A stretch of 64,000 nucleotides of DNA, taken from Sphyrna mokarran. Its lineage: Eukaryota. Under the pieces are notes generated by a model. It was not told the DNA's origin, did not search any database, and saw only the letters and a program-made list of their open reading frames with translations. The DNA lies in NCBI GenBank assembly GCA_024679065.1, contig JAGIQG010000003.1:25916001-25980000 (forward strand), given 5' to 3'. The stretch's first letter is position 1. Each line of letters begins with the position of its first letter. This document shows positions 1 through 13,158 of the stretch, one piece after another. A program made the translations under genes and the position numbers.

Positions 1-298
1 CTCTCAAACTGCAAAACACTTGATCCAAAACATGATCCATTGACACAAATATCTGGATCATAATTGCAATTTTCACCCAATCTATGAAATTAGTACAATA
101 GAAACTGTAGACTGCAAATCAAGTATAATTATTTCATATAGGTAGATTGTTTTCATTAACCTCTTATTGTTTAATTATAAAGCCTGGAATAACTTATTTA
201 TAGCCATCCAGAATATGATGGAAATTCAGTGGTTTTAGACTATGTGCGATTTGTAAATCAACTGTTTCTGAGAATCTGAATGTTTGAAGATTTCCTAC

Positions 299-424
299 CA
301 TCACAAAGAGAAGTGTTTGTCACATTGGTCCTAAATCCAGACTGGCAACTGCAATTGAAGCTTCCAATTGTATTGCTGCATACTTGCTGACAGGTTGAAG
401 TGTTGGTTGCACATTCATCGATAT
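299..424 (-). CDS. cbEGF exon 1 ([42 protein letters not shown])
   Basis: 126 nt, cag|...|gtagga, 6 Cys, D-I-D-E-C and C-x-N-x4-F-x-C consensus. Confidence 0.85.
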
Positions 425-1216
425 CTGTAGGAAAAATGTCAATTCGTGAACATATCAGTATCAATTCAGATCTCTGGGGGTCTGCCAACTATTATTTCCT
501 AAACCATACCAGTCCCAGATAAGATTCATAAGCTCCAGCCTATGAGCTGTGGCCTGTGAAATAGCCAGCAATTTTGAGTGAGGATTGTGAAGGAACTATT
601 AACCCAAGGGACAATGCCTCTTTATTCACCCACATGCTAAGGAAAGCACTAATGCTTCATTAATCACATTTTTTGAGGTCAGTTCATATTGCTCAGTGCA
701 CACCAAAATTTGACATTTCGAAGCAGCAATGTACAGGTAAACCATCATTGCAAGCTTTGATGAAGAGGTCTGAGGTCTCAGGTAGAGTACTTTGACTAAT
801 ATATTGACTTTCTTGGTGTGAACATTCTGCTACTTCCTTATTAGGGAACCATGTTCCCTCCCCATTGATGCTCAACATCAGCAACCCAAAAAAATGCCAC
901 ATCCAGAACTAAAAAGCACTTCCATCTCTCAAACTGCAAAGCACTTGATCCAAAACATAATCCATTGACCCAAATGACTGAATCATAGTTGCAAGTCTCA
1001 GTCTATGAAGTACAATGGAATCTGTAGACAGCAATCCAAGTATAAATATTTCATACCAGCAGATTGTTTTCATTAACCTCTTATTGCTTAATTATAAAGC
1101 CTAGAAGAGCTTGTTTATAGCCATCGAGAATATAATGGAAATTGAGTGGGTTTAGACTATGTGCAATTTGTAAATCAATGGTTTCTAAGAATCTGAATGT
1201 TTGAAGATTTTCCTAA

Positions 1217-1342
1217 CATTACAAAGAGAAGTGTTTGTCACATTGGTGCTAAACCCAGGCTGACAACTGCAATTGAAGCTTCCAATTGTATTGGTGCAGA
1301 TTTGCTGACAGGTTGAAGTGTTGATTGCACATTCATCGATAT
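1217..1342 (-). pseudogene. cbEGF exon 2, open frame but 5' splice site dead
   Basis: + strand reads cctaa|cat instead of cctac|cat, so the donor is GT>TT. Confidence 0.75.
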
Positions 1343-2117
1343 CTGTAGGAAAAGTTAATTCATGAGTGTATCAGAATCAGTTCTGGCATGCTTGAGAAAT
1401 TATTTCCTTCAGCATGCCTGTCCCAGAAAAGGTTCACAAGCTTCAGCCTATGAGCTGCGGTCAGTGAAATAACCAGCATTTTCGAGTGGTAATGGCGAAG
1501 GAATCATTAACTCAAGGGACAATGGCTGTTTCTTCACCTATAATCTAAGAACAGTGCTAATGTTTCATCAATCACATTTTTTGAGGCTAGTTCGTACTGC
1601 TCAGTGCACACCAAAACTTGACATTTTTAACCAGCAATATACAGGTAAATCTACACTGCAAGCTGTGTTAAAGAGGTCTGAGGTCTCAGACAGATCACTT
1701 GGACTAACATATTGACTCTCTTGGCGTCAACATTCTGCTCTTTCCCTGACTGGGAAACCACAATATCTCCCCATTGATGTCAACATTCAGCAACCCAAAA
1801 AAATGCCACATCCAGAACTAAAAAGCACTTCTTTCTCTCAAGCACTTGATCCAAAACATGATCCATTGACCCAAATGTCTGAATCATAGTTGCAAGTCTC
1901 AGTCTATGAAGTACAATGGAATCTGTATTCAGCAATCCAAGTATAAATATTTCATACCAGCAGATTGTTTTCATTAACCTCTTATTGTTTAATTATAAAG
2001 CCTAGAAGAGCTTGTTTATAGCCATCGAGAATATAATGGAAATTGAGTGGGTTTAGACAATGTGCAATTTGTAAATCAATGGTTTCTGAGAATCTGAATG
2101 TTTGAAGATTTTCCTAC

Positions 2118-2243
2118 CATTACAAAGAGAAGTGTTTGTCACATTGATGCTAAACCCAGGCTGACAACTGCAATTGAAGCTTCCAATTGTATTGGTGCAG
2201 GTTTGCTGACAGGTTGAAGTGTTGGTTGCACATTCATCGATAT
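2118..2243 (-). CDS. cbEGF exon 3
   Basis: 126 nt, canonical AG/GT, 6 Cys, open frame. Confidence 0.85.
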
Positions 2244-3033
2244 CTGTAGGAAAAAGTCAATTCATGAGTGTATCAGAATCAATTCAGATCTCAGTGGCCA
2301 GCCAACTATTATTTCCTTAACTATGCCAGTCCCAGATAAGGTTCAGCAAGCTCCAGTCTATTAGCAGTGGCCAGTGAAATAACTAGCAATTTTGAGTGGT
2401 AATGGGGAAGAAAGTATTAACCCAAAGAACAATTCACCTATATTCAATAAAAAACGCTAATGTTTCATTTAGCACATTTTTTGAGGCCAGTTCATTTTGC
2501 TCAGTGCACACCAAAATTTGACATTTCTAACCAGCAATGTACAAGTAAACCTTCACTGCAAGGTGTGATAAAGAGGTCTGAGGTCTCAGACAGATTACTT
2601 TGACTACTATATTGACTCTCTTGGCGTGAACATTCTGCTACTTCCCTGATTAGGGAACCACGTTCCCTCCCCATTGATGTTCAACACTCAGCAACCCAAA
2701 AAAATGCCACATCCAGAGCTGAAAAGCACTTCCATCTCTCAAACTGCAAAGCACTTGATCCAAAGCATGATGGATTGACTCAAATGTCTGAATCATAGTT
2801 GCAATTCTCAAACAGTCTACAAAATAAGTACAATGGAATCTGTAGACTACAATCCAAGTACAAATATTTCATACCAGCAGATTGGTTTTATTAACCTCTT
2901 ATTATTTAATTATAAAGCCTGGAAGGGCTTGTTTCAAGCCATCTAGGATATGATGGAAATTGAGTGGGTTTAGACTATGTGCAATTTGTAAATCAATGGT
3001 TTCTGAGAAACTGAATGTTTGAAGATTTCCTAC

Positions 3034-3159
3034 CATCACAAAGAGAAGTGTTTGTCACATTGGTGCTAAACCCAGGCTGGCAACTGCAATTGAAGCTTCC
3101 AATTGTATTAGTGCAGATTTGTTGACAGGTTGAAGTGTTGGTTGCACATTCATCAATAT
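3034..3159 (-). CDS. cbEGF exon 4
   Basis: 126 nt, canonical AG/GT, 6 Cys. Confidence 0.85.
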
Positions 3160-3911
3160 CTGCAGAAAAAAGCCTATTTGTGAGTGTATCTGTGTCATGT
3201 CAGACCTCAATGATTCTTGCCACTACCATTTTATTATTCATTCCAGGCTGAGACAATGCGTAAAAGCTCCAGTGGCTAGTGGCTGAATCATCAAATTCTA
3301 GTGATAATGGTGAAGGAAAAGTAACACAAAGAGCAAAGGCCATTTATTTACTTAGGTGTATGAAAGGGAATTGTGTTTTATTAATTGCATATTTTTTGGC
3401 CCATTCATGTTAGTTAATACGCACTAAAATTCCAACTGGACGCTTCTAACCAGCAGCAGAAAAAGAGTGTGCGATACTGCGAGCTGTATAGAAACAAGAA
3501 GTGAAATCAAAAAGTTCACTCTGACCAGCATGTTGAATCTTTTGGCTTGGACATTCTGCTCCTTTTCTGATTAGGATACAACGTTATGACCACCCTTGAT
3601 GCTAAACAATGAGTAACCCAGAAAAATGGCTAATCCAAGCGTGCAAAGAATTTGATCCAAAATTCAGAAAATGTAATTGCAGTATTCTAGCTGAATATGA
3701 ATATGAATTTTCCACAATGCAAACCATACTCTGCAAACAAAATGTAATTTTTTTGTTACAGGCAGATTATTTTCCTTAAATGCTTATCATTTAATTGTGA
3801 AGCAACAGCAAGTTTGCTTTTCACAGTCTAAAACATGAAGGAGATTGAAAGGGTTTGTGTAATTCACAAATCAACGGTTTCTGAGAACTGAATGTTGGAA
3901 AGATTTCCTAC

Positions 3912-4037
3912 CATCACAAAGAGAAGTGTTTATCACATTGGTGCTAAACCCAGGCTGGCAACTGCAATTAAAGCTTCCAATTGTATTGGTGCACACTTGT
4001 TGACAGGTTGAAGTGTTGGTCGCACATTCATCGACAT
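3912..4037 (-). CDS. cbEGF exon 5 (DVDEC...)
   Basis: 126 nt, canonical AG/GT, 6 Cys. Confidence 0.85.
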
Positions 4038-4205
4038 CTGTAGAAAAAAGTCAAGTCATGAGTGTATCAGTATCAATTCAGATCTCAACGGGTCTGCCGA
4101 CTATTATTTCCTTAAAAATGCCAGTCCTAGATAAGGTTCACAAGCTTCAGCCTCTGAGCTGCAGCCAATAAAATAACCAACAATTTTGAGTGATGATGGT
4201 GAAGG

Positions 4206-4688
4206 TGCTGGGGAGGAAGGGTGAGAGGGAGGAGGAGGGTATGGGGAGGACAGGTGTCAGATCTCTTGGTAGGAGAGCATCTTAGGAATGGTGATCATAA
4301 TTCTACCTCCTTCATGATAACATTGGAAAGAGATAGGATCAGGCAAGATAGGAAGATGTTTATCTGGAGTAGGGGGAAATATGAAATCATTAGGCAGGAA
4401 ATTGGATGAGTAAACTGGAAGGAGGTGTTCTTGGAGAAAAGAATTGAAGGAAGGTGGTGGATTTTCAAGGAATGTTTGTCTGGAGCTCTGCACGACAACA
4501 TTCCAGTGAGACAAGGAGGTTTTGGTAAGTCGAGAGAACCGCGGTGCACAAAGGTTCTGATGAACCTAGTTAGGAAGAAAAGAAAGTTGTACGATAGGTT
4601 CAGGGAGCTAGGGGATGTTAAGGATCTAAAGGCATATAAGACTTGTAGAAGTGAGCTTAAAAAGGAAATTAGAAGAGCCAGAAGGGGT
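4206..4688 (+). mobile_element. CR1/HER1-like LINE ORF2 fragment (end of endonuclease and linker)
   Basis: Translates as VGEHLRNGDHNSTSF...ELKKEIRRARRG, typical of CR1 ORF2, with an internal stop; interrupts the intron unit. Confidence 0.85.
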
Positions 4689-5178
4689 CAATACTCACTA
4701 AGATTCCAACTGGAGATTTCTAACGAGCAGCAGAAAAGGAAAGCGCAATAATGCAGATTGTGAGAAAGGATGAGTTGATCAAAAAGTTCACTCTGACTAG
4801 CATATTGATTCTCTCAGCATGGACATTCTGCTTCTTTTCTGATTAGGATATCATATTATGACCACTATTGATGCTAAACAATGACTAAACCAGGAAAATG
4901 GCTAATACAAAAGTGCAAAGAATTTGATCCAAAATTCAGAAATCGTAATTCAATGTTCTAGCTGAGTATGAATTTTCTACAATGCAAACCATACTCTGTA
5001 ATCAAAATGTATTTTTTTTGTGATAAGCAGGTTATTTTCTTTAACCATTTATCATTTAATTGTGAAGCAACAGCAAGTCCTTGCTTTTCACAGTCCAAAA
5101 CATGCAGGACATTGAGAGGCTTTGTGTAATTTGCAAATCAACTGTTTCTGAGAATCTGAATGTCTGAAGATTTCCTAC

Positions 5179-5304
5179 CATCACAAAGAGAAGTGTTTGT
5201 CACATTGGTGCTAAACCCAGGCTGGCAGCTACAATTGAAGCTTCCAATTGTATTGGTGCAGATTTGTTGACAGATTGAAGTGTTGGTTGCACATTCATCG
5301 ATAT
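5179..5304 (-). CDS. cbEGF exon 6
   Basis: 126 nt, canonical AG/GT, 6 Cys. Confidence 0.85.
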
Positions 5305-6097
5305 CTGTAGGAAAAAGTCAATTCAGGAGTTTATCAGAATCAATTCAGATCTCAGAGGCCTGCCAACTATTATCTCCTCAAATATGCCAGTCCCACAGTC
5401 CCAGATAAGGTTCACCAAGCTCCAGTTTGCTAGCAGCGGCCAGTGAAATAACGGGCAATCTTATGTGGTAATGGTGAAGGAACATTAACCCAGAGGACAA
5501 TGGCTGTTTATTCAGCTATATTTTTTAAAAAGCGCTAATGTTTCATTTAGCACAATTTTTGAGGCCAGTTTGTATGGCTCAGTGCACATCAAAATGTGAC
5601 ATTTCTAACCAGCAATGTACAGGTAAATTTTCACTGCAAGGTGTGATAAAGAGGTCTGAGGTCTCAGATAGATCACTTTGACTATTATGTTGACTCCCTT
5701 GGTGTGAACATTCTGCTACTTCCCTGATTAGGGAACCGTGTTCCCTCCCCATTGATGCTCAATGCTCAGCAACCCAAAAAAACACCACATCCAGAACTAA
5801 AAAGCACTTCCATCTCTCAAACTGCAAAGCACTTGATCCAAAACATGATCCATTGATCCAAATGTCTGAATCATAATTGCAATTTTCAAACAATGTATGA
5901 AATTAGTACAATGGAATCTGTAGACTGCAAGTCAAGTATACTATTTCATATAGGCAGATTGTTTTCATTAACCTCGTATTGTTTAATTATAAAGTCTGGA
6001 AAGCTTGTTTAAAGCCATCCAGGATGTGATGGAAATTGAGTGGGTTTAGACATTGTGCAACTGTTTCTGAGAATCTGAATGTTTGAAAATTTCTTAC

Positions 6098-6223
6098 CAT
6101 CACAAAGAGAAGTGTTTGTCACATTGGTGTTAAACCCAGGCTGGCAACTACAATTGAAACTTCCAATTGTATTGGTGCAGATTTGTTGACAGGTTGAAGA
6201 GTTGGTTGCACATTCATCGATGT
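6098..6223 (-). CDS. cbEGF exon 7
   Basis: 126 nt, cag|...|gtaaga, 6 Cys. Confidence 0.85.
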
Positions 6224-7188
6224 CTGTAGGAAAAAGTCAATTCAGGAGTGTATCAGTATCAATTCAGATCTCAGGGGGTCTGTTGACCATTATTTCCTTT
6301 ACTATGCCATTCCCAGATAAGGTTCACAAGTTTCAGCCTACGAGCTGCCGCTAGTGAAATAACCAGCAATTTCAAGTAGTAATAGTGAAGGAACTATTAA
6401 CTCAAAGGACAATGGCTGTTTATTCACCTTTATCTGCAGAAAAAAGCAAATTTGCGATTGTATCTGTGTCATGTCAGGCCTCAGGGATCCTTGCCACTAC
6501 CATTTTATTATTCATTCCAGGCTGAGACAATGGATGAAGGCTCCAGCTGTTAGCCATGGCCAATGGCTGAATCTTCAATTCCAGTGATGATGGTGAAAGA
6601 AAAGTAACACAATGAGGCAGGGTCTTTTATCCACCTCAGATGTATGAAAGCGAATTGTGTTTCATTAATTGCATGTTTTTTAGCCAGTTTGCATTGCTCA
6701 ATACTCACTAAAATTCTAACTGGACATTTTCACTAGCAGCAGAAAAGGAAAGTGCGATACTGCAAGCTGTGCAGAAACAAGCAGTGAAATCGAAAAGTTC
6801 ACTCTGACTAGCATATTGACTCTCTCAGCTGGGACAGTCTGCTCATTTTCTGATTAGGATACCATATTATGACCACCATTGATGTTAAACAATGAGTAAC
6901 CCAGAAAAATGGCTAACCCAAAAGTGCAAAGAATTTGATTCAAAATTCAGAAACTATAATTGCAATGTTCCAGCAGAGTATGAATTTTCCACAATGCAAA
7001 CCATACTCTGCAATCAAAATGTAAGTTTTTGTTAATAGGCAGATTATTTTTCTTAACACTTATCATTTAATTGTGAAGCAGTAGCAAGTCCTTCCTTTTC
7101 ACAGTCTAAAATATGCAGGAATTGTGAAGGTTTATGTAATTTGCAAATCAGTTGTTTCTGAGATTTTCAATGTTTGAAGATTTCCTAC

Positions 7189-7314
7189 CATCACAAAAAG
7201 GAGTGTTTGTCACATTGATGCTAAACCCCTTCTGGCAACTGCAATTGAAGCTTCCAATTACATTGGTGCAGACTTGTTGACAGGTTGAAGTGTTGGTTGC
7301 ACATTCATTGATAT
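7189..7314 (-). CDS. cbEGF exon 8 ([42 protein letters not shown])
   Basis: 126 nt, canonical AG/GT, 6 Cys; more diverged than its neighbours. Confidence 0.8.
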
Positions 7315-8077
7315 CTGTAGGAAAAAGTCAATTCATGAGTGTATCTGTGCCATTTCAGATCACAAGGAATATTGCAACTATTATTTTGTTACTCATTCCA
7401 GGCCGAGAGAAGGATTAAAAGTTCCAGGGTCTATTAGCTGTGGCCGGTGGCTGAACTATCAAATACCAATGATGCTGATGAAGTAACAAGTACTTCAATG
7501 GATTAGGGCCATTCATTCCCGGCAATTGTTTGAAAGGGACTTGTGTTTATGTAACTGTGTTTTTTGGCCAGCTCATGTTGCTCAATACTCACTAAAACTC
7601 CAACTACCTGTTTCTAATGAGCAACGGGAGAAGAAAGTATGACACTGCAAGCTGTGCAAAAAAGAGCAGAGATCTCAAATACATTACTGTGACGAATGCA
7701 CTGACACTCTTGCCCTAATATTTTGCTCCTTGCCTGACAGGGGGCCACATTATGATCACCATTGATGCTAAACAATAAACAACACAGAAAAATGGCATGT
7801 TTCAAAGTGCAAAAAACATGCCATTGATCTAAAATTCTAAAATCACTGAACCAGCCAAATATGAATTTTCCACAACAGAAACCTTAATCTTCAATGAAAG
7901 TTTAATTATTTCTTATGGGCAGGTTATTTTCATTAACCTCTTATTGTTTAACTGTGAAGTAACATAAAGTGCAGGTTTGCAGCAGTCTTCAACATGCAGG
8001 ACTTTGGGAGAATTCAGACTTTGCACAATGTTCAAATTAACTATTTCTGACAATCTGAATGGTTGAAAATTTCCTAC

Positions 8078-8203
8078 CATCACAAAGAGAAGTGTTTGTC
8101 ACATTGGTGCTAAACCCAGGCTGGCAACTGCAATTGAAGCTTCCAATTGTATTGGTGCAGATTTGTTGACAGGTTGAAGTGTTGGTTGCACATTCATCGA
8201 TAT
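8078..8203 (-). CDS. cbEGF exon 9
   Basis: 126 nt, canonical AG/GT, 6 Cys. Confidence 0.85.
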
Positions 8204-8467
8204 CTGCAAGTAAAGTCCACCCAAGAATATATCAGTGTCATTTCAGAGAACTGGCTGTATGCCGACTGCCATTTTCTTTTCCATGCCAGTTCCAGATTCA
8301 CAAGCTATACCCTATCAGATGTGGCCAGTGAAATAACCAACAAATTCCACTCATGATGGGGAAGGAATGATTAATTCAAGCAGCCAAGGCTGTTTATTTG
8401 TCTGTATTCTAACAAAAGAATCAGTGTTTCATTAATCACATACTTTGAGGTCAACTCATATTGCTCG

Positions 8468-9022
8468 GTGGGGCCTATTGTGGGTGGATCCTGCTGCCAT
8501 TTTACATTGGGATCGGCCAGGGCTAGAAGGAGGTCAGAGATCATGGTGGATTGAGAGGAGGTGGAAGGTGGTCTGCTGTGAGGGTCTGACTCCTACGGGT
8601 GGTGTCTTCCGGGCTGAGGGAATTGTCACTGTTGGGATGGATGGTGTTGCAGACTGGGGCAATCCGGAAGGGGAGGGGCAGGACTGGCCTAGGAATGCTT
8701 GTAAGGGCCACAAGAGGGCAGTGGGCAGCTTTGGAGGGGCAGCACTGCAAGGATCCCAAGCTGGACAGCAGTAGAAGTGTGCAGCAAATTGCAGGCTGAC
8801 ATATTGGGGCCACTATACATGCACAGAGTTCTGGAACTGTCAGCCTCCAGTTTGAATAGACCTCGCCAATCCCCGAGCTTTTAACGAGACTCACAATTGT
8901 GACTTCTGCAGTGCACTGTGTGTGGGAGATTTGAGTCTGAGGTCCCACTGAAAAAACAATCATAAATTGCACGATTTTACCCACCAATTCAGCATTTATT
9001 CATTTTTGGGAGAATCTCCTCC
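8468..9022. mobile_element. GC-rich non-autonomous DNA-transposon-like insert (family 1), left end deleted
   Basis: GC-rich block ending tttttgggagaatctcctcc immediately before host attgactctcttgg; related copies at 9726, 11087, 16029, 20961 and 25895. Confidence 0.65.
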
Positions 9023-9322
9023 ATTGACTCTCTTGGCATGTTGATCCAAAATTCTGAATTCTGAATTCAAAATTCTGAATCATAATTGCAATTTCCAAAC
9101 TGTCTATGAAATTAGTGCAATGGAATCCATAGCCTACAAGCAAAGTAAAATTATTTCTTATGAGCAGGTTATTTTCATTAACCTCTTATTGTTTAACTGT
9201 GAAGCAACAGAAAATGCAAGCTCGCAGCAGCCTTGAACATGCAAGACTTTAGGAGAATTCAGACTTTGCACAATGTTCAAATTAACTATTTCTGACAATC
9301 TGAATGGTTGAAAATTTCCTAC

Positions 9323-9448
9323 CATCACAAAGAGAAGTGTTTGTCACATTGGTGCTAAACCCAGGCTGGCAACTGCAATTGAAGCTTCCAATTGTATTGG
9401 TGCAGATTTGTTGACAGGTTGAAGTGTTGGTTGCACATTCATCGAAAT
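9323..9448 (-). CDS. cbEGF exon 10 (DFDEC...)
   Basis: 126 nt, canonical AG/GT, 6 Cys. Confidence 0.85.
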
Positions 9449-9725
9449 CTGCAAATAAAATCCATCCAAGAATGTATTAGTGTCATTTCAGAGGTCTGGC
9501 TGTCTGCCAATTGCCATTTTCTTATCCATGCCAGTTCCAGATTCACAAGCTATAACCTATCAGATGTGGCCAGTGAAATAACCAGCAAATTCCACTCATG
9601 ATAGTGAAGGAACTATTAATTCAAGGAGCAAAGCTTATTTATCCACCTGTATTCTAACAAAAGGATCAGTGTTTCATTTATCACATATTTTGAGGTCAAT
9701 TCATTTTGCTTGGTGTGCATTGAAA

Positions 9726-10293
9726 GTGGGTGAGGCCTACTGTGGACAAGTCCAGCTGCCACTTTACATTGGGATTGGTCAGGGCTAGAGGGAGGTCAGA
9801 GATCATGGTGGACTGGGAGGAGGTGGAAGGTGGTTTGCTGTGGGGTCTACTTTGTATGGCTGGTGACTTCCAAGGTGAGGGGGCTCATCAAAGTTGGGGG
9901 GGTAGTGTTGGAGATTGGGGCACTTCGGAACGGAGGCATATGGGGGTTGTCGGGACCAGCTTGGGAATGCTTGTGAGGGCCACAAATGGGCCCTGGTTGG
10001 GTTTGGAGAGGCAGCATTGTGAGGGCCTCGGGTAGGCCAGCAATAGAGCTGGCCAGCAAAGTGCAGGCTAGCATATTGGGGCCACCGTACATGGGTAGAG
10101 TTCCAGAATTGTCAGTCTCTGATGTGAATAGGCCCCACCTCCCTGAACTTTTAATGATATTCACGATTGTGACCTCTGCACAGTGCACAATGTGTGTGAG
10201 ATTCAAATCTGAGCTCCCACTGAAAAACAATCATGAATTGCACAATTTTACCCTCCAATTCAGCGCTTATTCATTTTTGGGAGAATCGCCCAC
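9726..10293. mobile_element. GC-rich MITE-like insert (family 1)
   Basis: Homologous to 8468-9022; ends tttttgggagaatcgcccac|attgactctc. Confidence 0.65.
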
Positions 10294-10691
10294 ATTGACT
10301 CTCTTGGCACGAACATTCTGCTACTTCCCTGATTGGGATACCACAATCATCGTCATTGATGTTACACAATAATCAAACCAGAAAAACACCATGTCAGGAT
10401 GTGCAAGGCATTAATCCAAAACATGATCCTTTGGTCCAAAATTCTGAATCATAATTGCAATTTCCAAGCTGTCTATGAAATAAGTACAATGTAATCTATA
10501 GGCTGCAAGCCAAAGAAAATTATTTCTTATGGGCAGGTTATTTTTATTAACCACTTATTGTTTAACTGTGAAGCAACGGAAAATGCAGGCTTGCAGCAGT
10601 ATTGAACATGCAGGACTTTGGGAGAATTCAGACTTTGCATTATGTTCAAATTAACGATTTCTGAGAATCTGAATGTTTGAAGATTTCCTAC

Positions 10692-10817
10692 CATCACAAA
10701 GAGAAGTGTTTGTCACATTGGTGCTAAACCCAGGCTGGCAACTGCAATTAAAACTTCCAATTGTATTGGTGCAGATTTGTTGACAGGTTGAAGTGTTGGT
10801 TGCACATTCGTCAATAT
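10692..10817 (-). CDS. cbEGF exon 11
   Basis: 126 nt, canonical AG/GT, 6 Cys. Confidence 0.85.
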
Positions 10818-11086
10818 CTGCAAATAAAATCCATCCAAGAATGTATCAGTGTCATTTCAGAGATCTGGCTGTTTGCCAACTGCCATTTTTATACATGCCA
10901 GTTCCACATTCACAAGCTATAGCCTATCAGATTTGGCCAGTATCAGATAACTCGCAAATTCCACAGGTGATGGTGAAGAACTATTAATTCAACAGGCAAA
11001 GGTTGTTTACCCATCTGTATTCTAACAAAAAGATTAGTGTTTCATTAATCACGTATATTGAGGTCAATTCATATTGTGCACTGAAA

Positions 11087-11752
11087 GTGGGTGAGGCTCA
11101 TTGTATCATCGATATCTGTAAAAAGAAATCAATTTGTGAGTGTATCTGTGCCATACCAGACAGACCTCAGGGAATTTTACAAGTACCATTGTGGGTCCTG
11201 CTGCCACTTTACATTGGGTTGGTCAGGTCTAGAAGGAGATCAGAAATCATGGCAGACTGGGAGGAGGTGGGTAGTGGTCTGCTGTGGGGGTCTGCCTCCC
11301 AAGGGTGGTGTCTTCCAGGGTGGGGGGATCGTCAAAGTTGGGGGGATGGTGTTGGAGATTGGGGCACTTTGGAATTGGGGTGGGGGAGTGGGTGGCAGGG
11401 GGGAGTGCAGCGGGACCGGCTTGGGAATGCTTTCAGGGTCGTAAATGTGCCGTAGGTGGCTTTGGAGAGACAGCACTTTGAGAGTCTTGGATTTCGCAGC
11501 TATAGACCTGACCAGCAAAGTGCAGGCTGACACAACGGGGCCACAGTACATGCAGAGTTCCGGAATTGTCAGTCTCTCGTTGAACAAGCTCTGCCTCTCG
11601 TCCCAAACTTTCAATGATATTCACGATTGTGACCTCTGCACTGTACGGGGTATGGTCAATCCAAGTCTGAATTCCCACTGAAAAATCAAGCATGAATTAC
11701 ACAATTTTACCCAACAATTCAGCATTTATTCATTTTTGGGAGAATCACTCCC
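11087..11752. mobile_element. GC-rich MITE-like insert (family 1), higher-order repeat copy 1
   Basis: Homologous to 9726-10293; contains an ~88-nt templated insert at 11105-11192. Confidence 0.65.
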
Positions 11753-12126
11753 ATTGACTCTCTTGGCACAAACGTTCTGCTACTTCACTGACTGGAATAC
11801 CACAATCATCGCCATTGATGCTACACAATAACCAAACCAGAAAAATGCCATGTCAGGATGTGCAAGGCACTGATCCAAAACATGGTCCATTGATCCAAAA
11901 TTCTGAATCATAATTGCAATTTCCAAGCAGTTACGAAATTAGTACAATGGAACTTGTAGGCTGCAAGCAAAGTATAATTATTTTATACAAGCAGATTATT
12001 TTCATTCACCTCTTATTGTTTAATTATAAAGCTATCTGGAATATGATAGAAATTGAGAGCATGGAGGCTAAACATAATTTGTAAATCAATTGTTTACAAG
12101 AATTTGTGTTTTTGAAGTTTTCCTAC

Positions 12127-12252
12127 CATCACAAAGAGAAGTATTTGTCACATTGGTGCGAAAGCCAGACTGGCAACTGCAATTCAAACTTCCAATTGTG
12201 TTGGTGCAGATTTGTTGACAAGTTGAAGTGTTGGTTGCACATTCATCGATAT
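12127..12252 (-). CDS. cbEGF exon 12 (GSLNC variant)
   Basis: 126 nt, canonical AG/GT, 6 Cys; consensus Phe replaced by Leu. Confidence 0.8.
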
Positions 12253-13032
12253 CTGTAGAAAGATGTCAATTTGTGGTGTTTATCAGTGCTATATCGGACC
12301 TCAGGGAATCTTGCAACTACCGTTTTGTTGTTCGTTCTAGGCTGAGGGAAGGGTTAAAAGCTTCAGCTTAGGAACTGTGACCATCAAATTCGAGTGATGA
12401 TGGTGAAGAAACAAGTGGCACAGAGATCATGAGCTGTTTATCCACCTGTATTCTTAGAAAAGGGCTAGTGTTTCATGAATCACGTTCTTTGAGGTCAATT
12501 CATATTGCTCAGTGCGCACTGAAATTTGACATTTCTAATGAGCAATGGAACTCGAACTCCTGTTACTGCAAGCTGTGATAAAGAGGTCTGAGGTCTCAAA
12601 CAGATTACTATGACTAACATATTGACCCTCTTGGCATGAACATTCTGCTACTTCTCTAATTGAGAAACCACATTTCATCCCCATTAATGCTTAAAACTCA
12701 TCAACCCAAACAAATGTTGTGTCCAGAACTGAAAAACACTTCCATCTCCAGAACTGCAAAGCACTTGATCTAAAACCTGATCTGTTGATCCAAAATTGTG
12801 AGTCATAATTGCAGTTTCCAAGCAGTCTATGAAATTAGTACAATGGAACCTGTGGACTGCAAGCCAAGTAAAATTATTTCATGCAGTTTGTTTTCATTCA
12901 CCTCTTACTATTTAAATGTGAAGCCATTGTGAGCTTGTTTACAGACATCTAAAGTATGGTGGAAATTGAGAGGATTCAGAAATAGTGTAAATCAACAGTT
13001 TCAGGGAATCTGAACGTTTGATGATTTCCTAC

Positions 13033-13158
13033 CATCACAAAGAGAAGTGTTTGCCACGTTGATGTTAAATCCAGGCTGGCAACTGCAACTGAAGCTTCCA
13101 ATTGTATTGGTGCAGATTTGTTGACAGGTTGAAGAGTTGGTTGCACATTCATCGATAT
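13033..13158 (-). CDS. cbEGF exon 13 ([42 protein letters not shown])
   Basis: 126 nt, canonical AG/GT, 6 Cys. Confidence 0.85.

Noticed and set aside
258-298. In-frame tails such as [13 protein letters not shown] after each EGF exon, with ATTAAA ~125 nt downstream in some units, as alternative terminal exons
   Set aside because: This is simple read-through of the donor. Tail length varies with indels (e.g. GRKS* after exon 16) and the motif sits in AT-rich paralogous intron, so recurrence is not independent evidence.
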